Assembly (NCBI GenBank): GCA_034780895.1
Contig: JAUZTB010000001.1
Location: 87,042,454-87,106,453 of the forward strand
Length of the DNA stretch: 64,000 nt
Origin: Rhynchobatus australiae
Lineage: Eukaryota
Direction: 5' to 3'
This document shows, in pieces, positions 63,986 through 64,000 of the stretch; position 1 is the first letter of the stretch; every line of letters starts with the position of its first letter. The position numbers were made by a program, and so were the translations under genes. The notes beneath the pieces were generated by a model. It ran no database searches. It was given only the letters and a program-made list of their open reading frames with translations, and had not been told where the DNA came from.

Positions 63986-64000
63986 TAAATTTATCGCTGT

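Overview
Eukaryotic (vertebrate) genomic DNA from a gapped scaffold. The repeat complement (V-type SINEs, Deu-domain SINEs, CR1, Rex/Babar, L2-like and Penelope elements) suggests a cartilaginous fish, possibly a ray; this is inference. The whole window lies inside one + strand gene, PACS2 (phosphofurin acidic cluster sorting protein 2). It holds about 26 kb of intron 1 and then 11 coding exons (exons 2-12, 26047-61108) with AG/GT boundaries and consistent reading phases. The end of exon 5 is lost in an N gap, and exon 1 and the 3' exons lie outside the window. Almost all ORFs in the supplied track are noise, N-gap read-throughs or decayed retroelement fragments. The most notable non-coding signal is a Penelope-like retroelement family (RT and GIY-YIG fragments present) whose terminal repeat carries a minimal type-I hammerhead ribozyme motif (CUGANG[A/C]A - stem II - GAAAC-GUC). 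It occurs in about 10 copies, including short head-to-head palindromic non-autonomous units and a recurrent non-canonical CUGAUGCA core. Other leads are a candidate poison or terminal exon in intron 3, a candidate 27-nt in-frame microexon in intron 2, an RFX X-box plus Forkhead site before exon 6, a solo LTR with TSD, and SINE tail-swapping. No CRISPR array, rRNA or bona fide tRNA gene is supported. All calls were made by eye with no database searches, and repeat boundaries are approximate unless a TSD is given.
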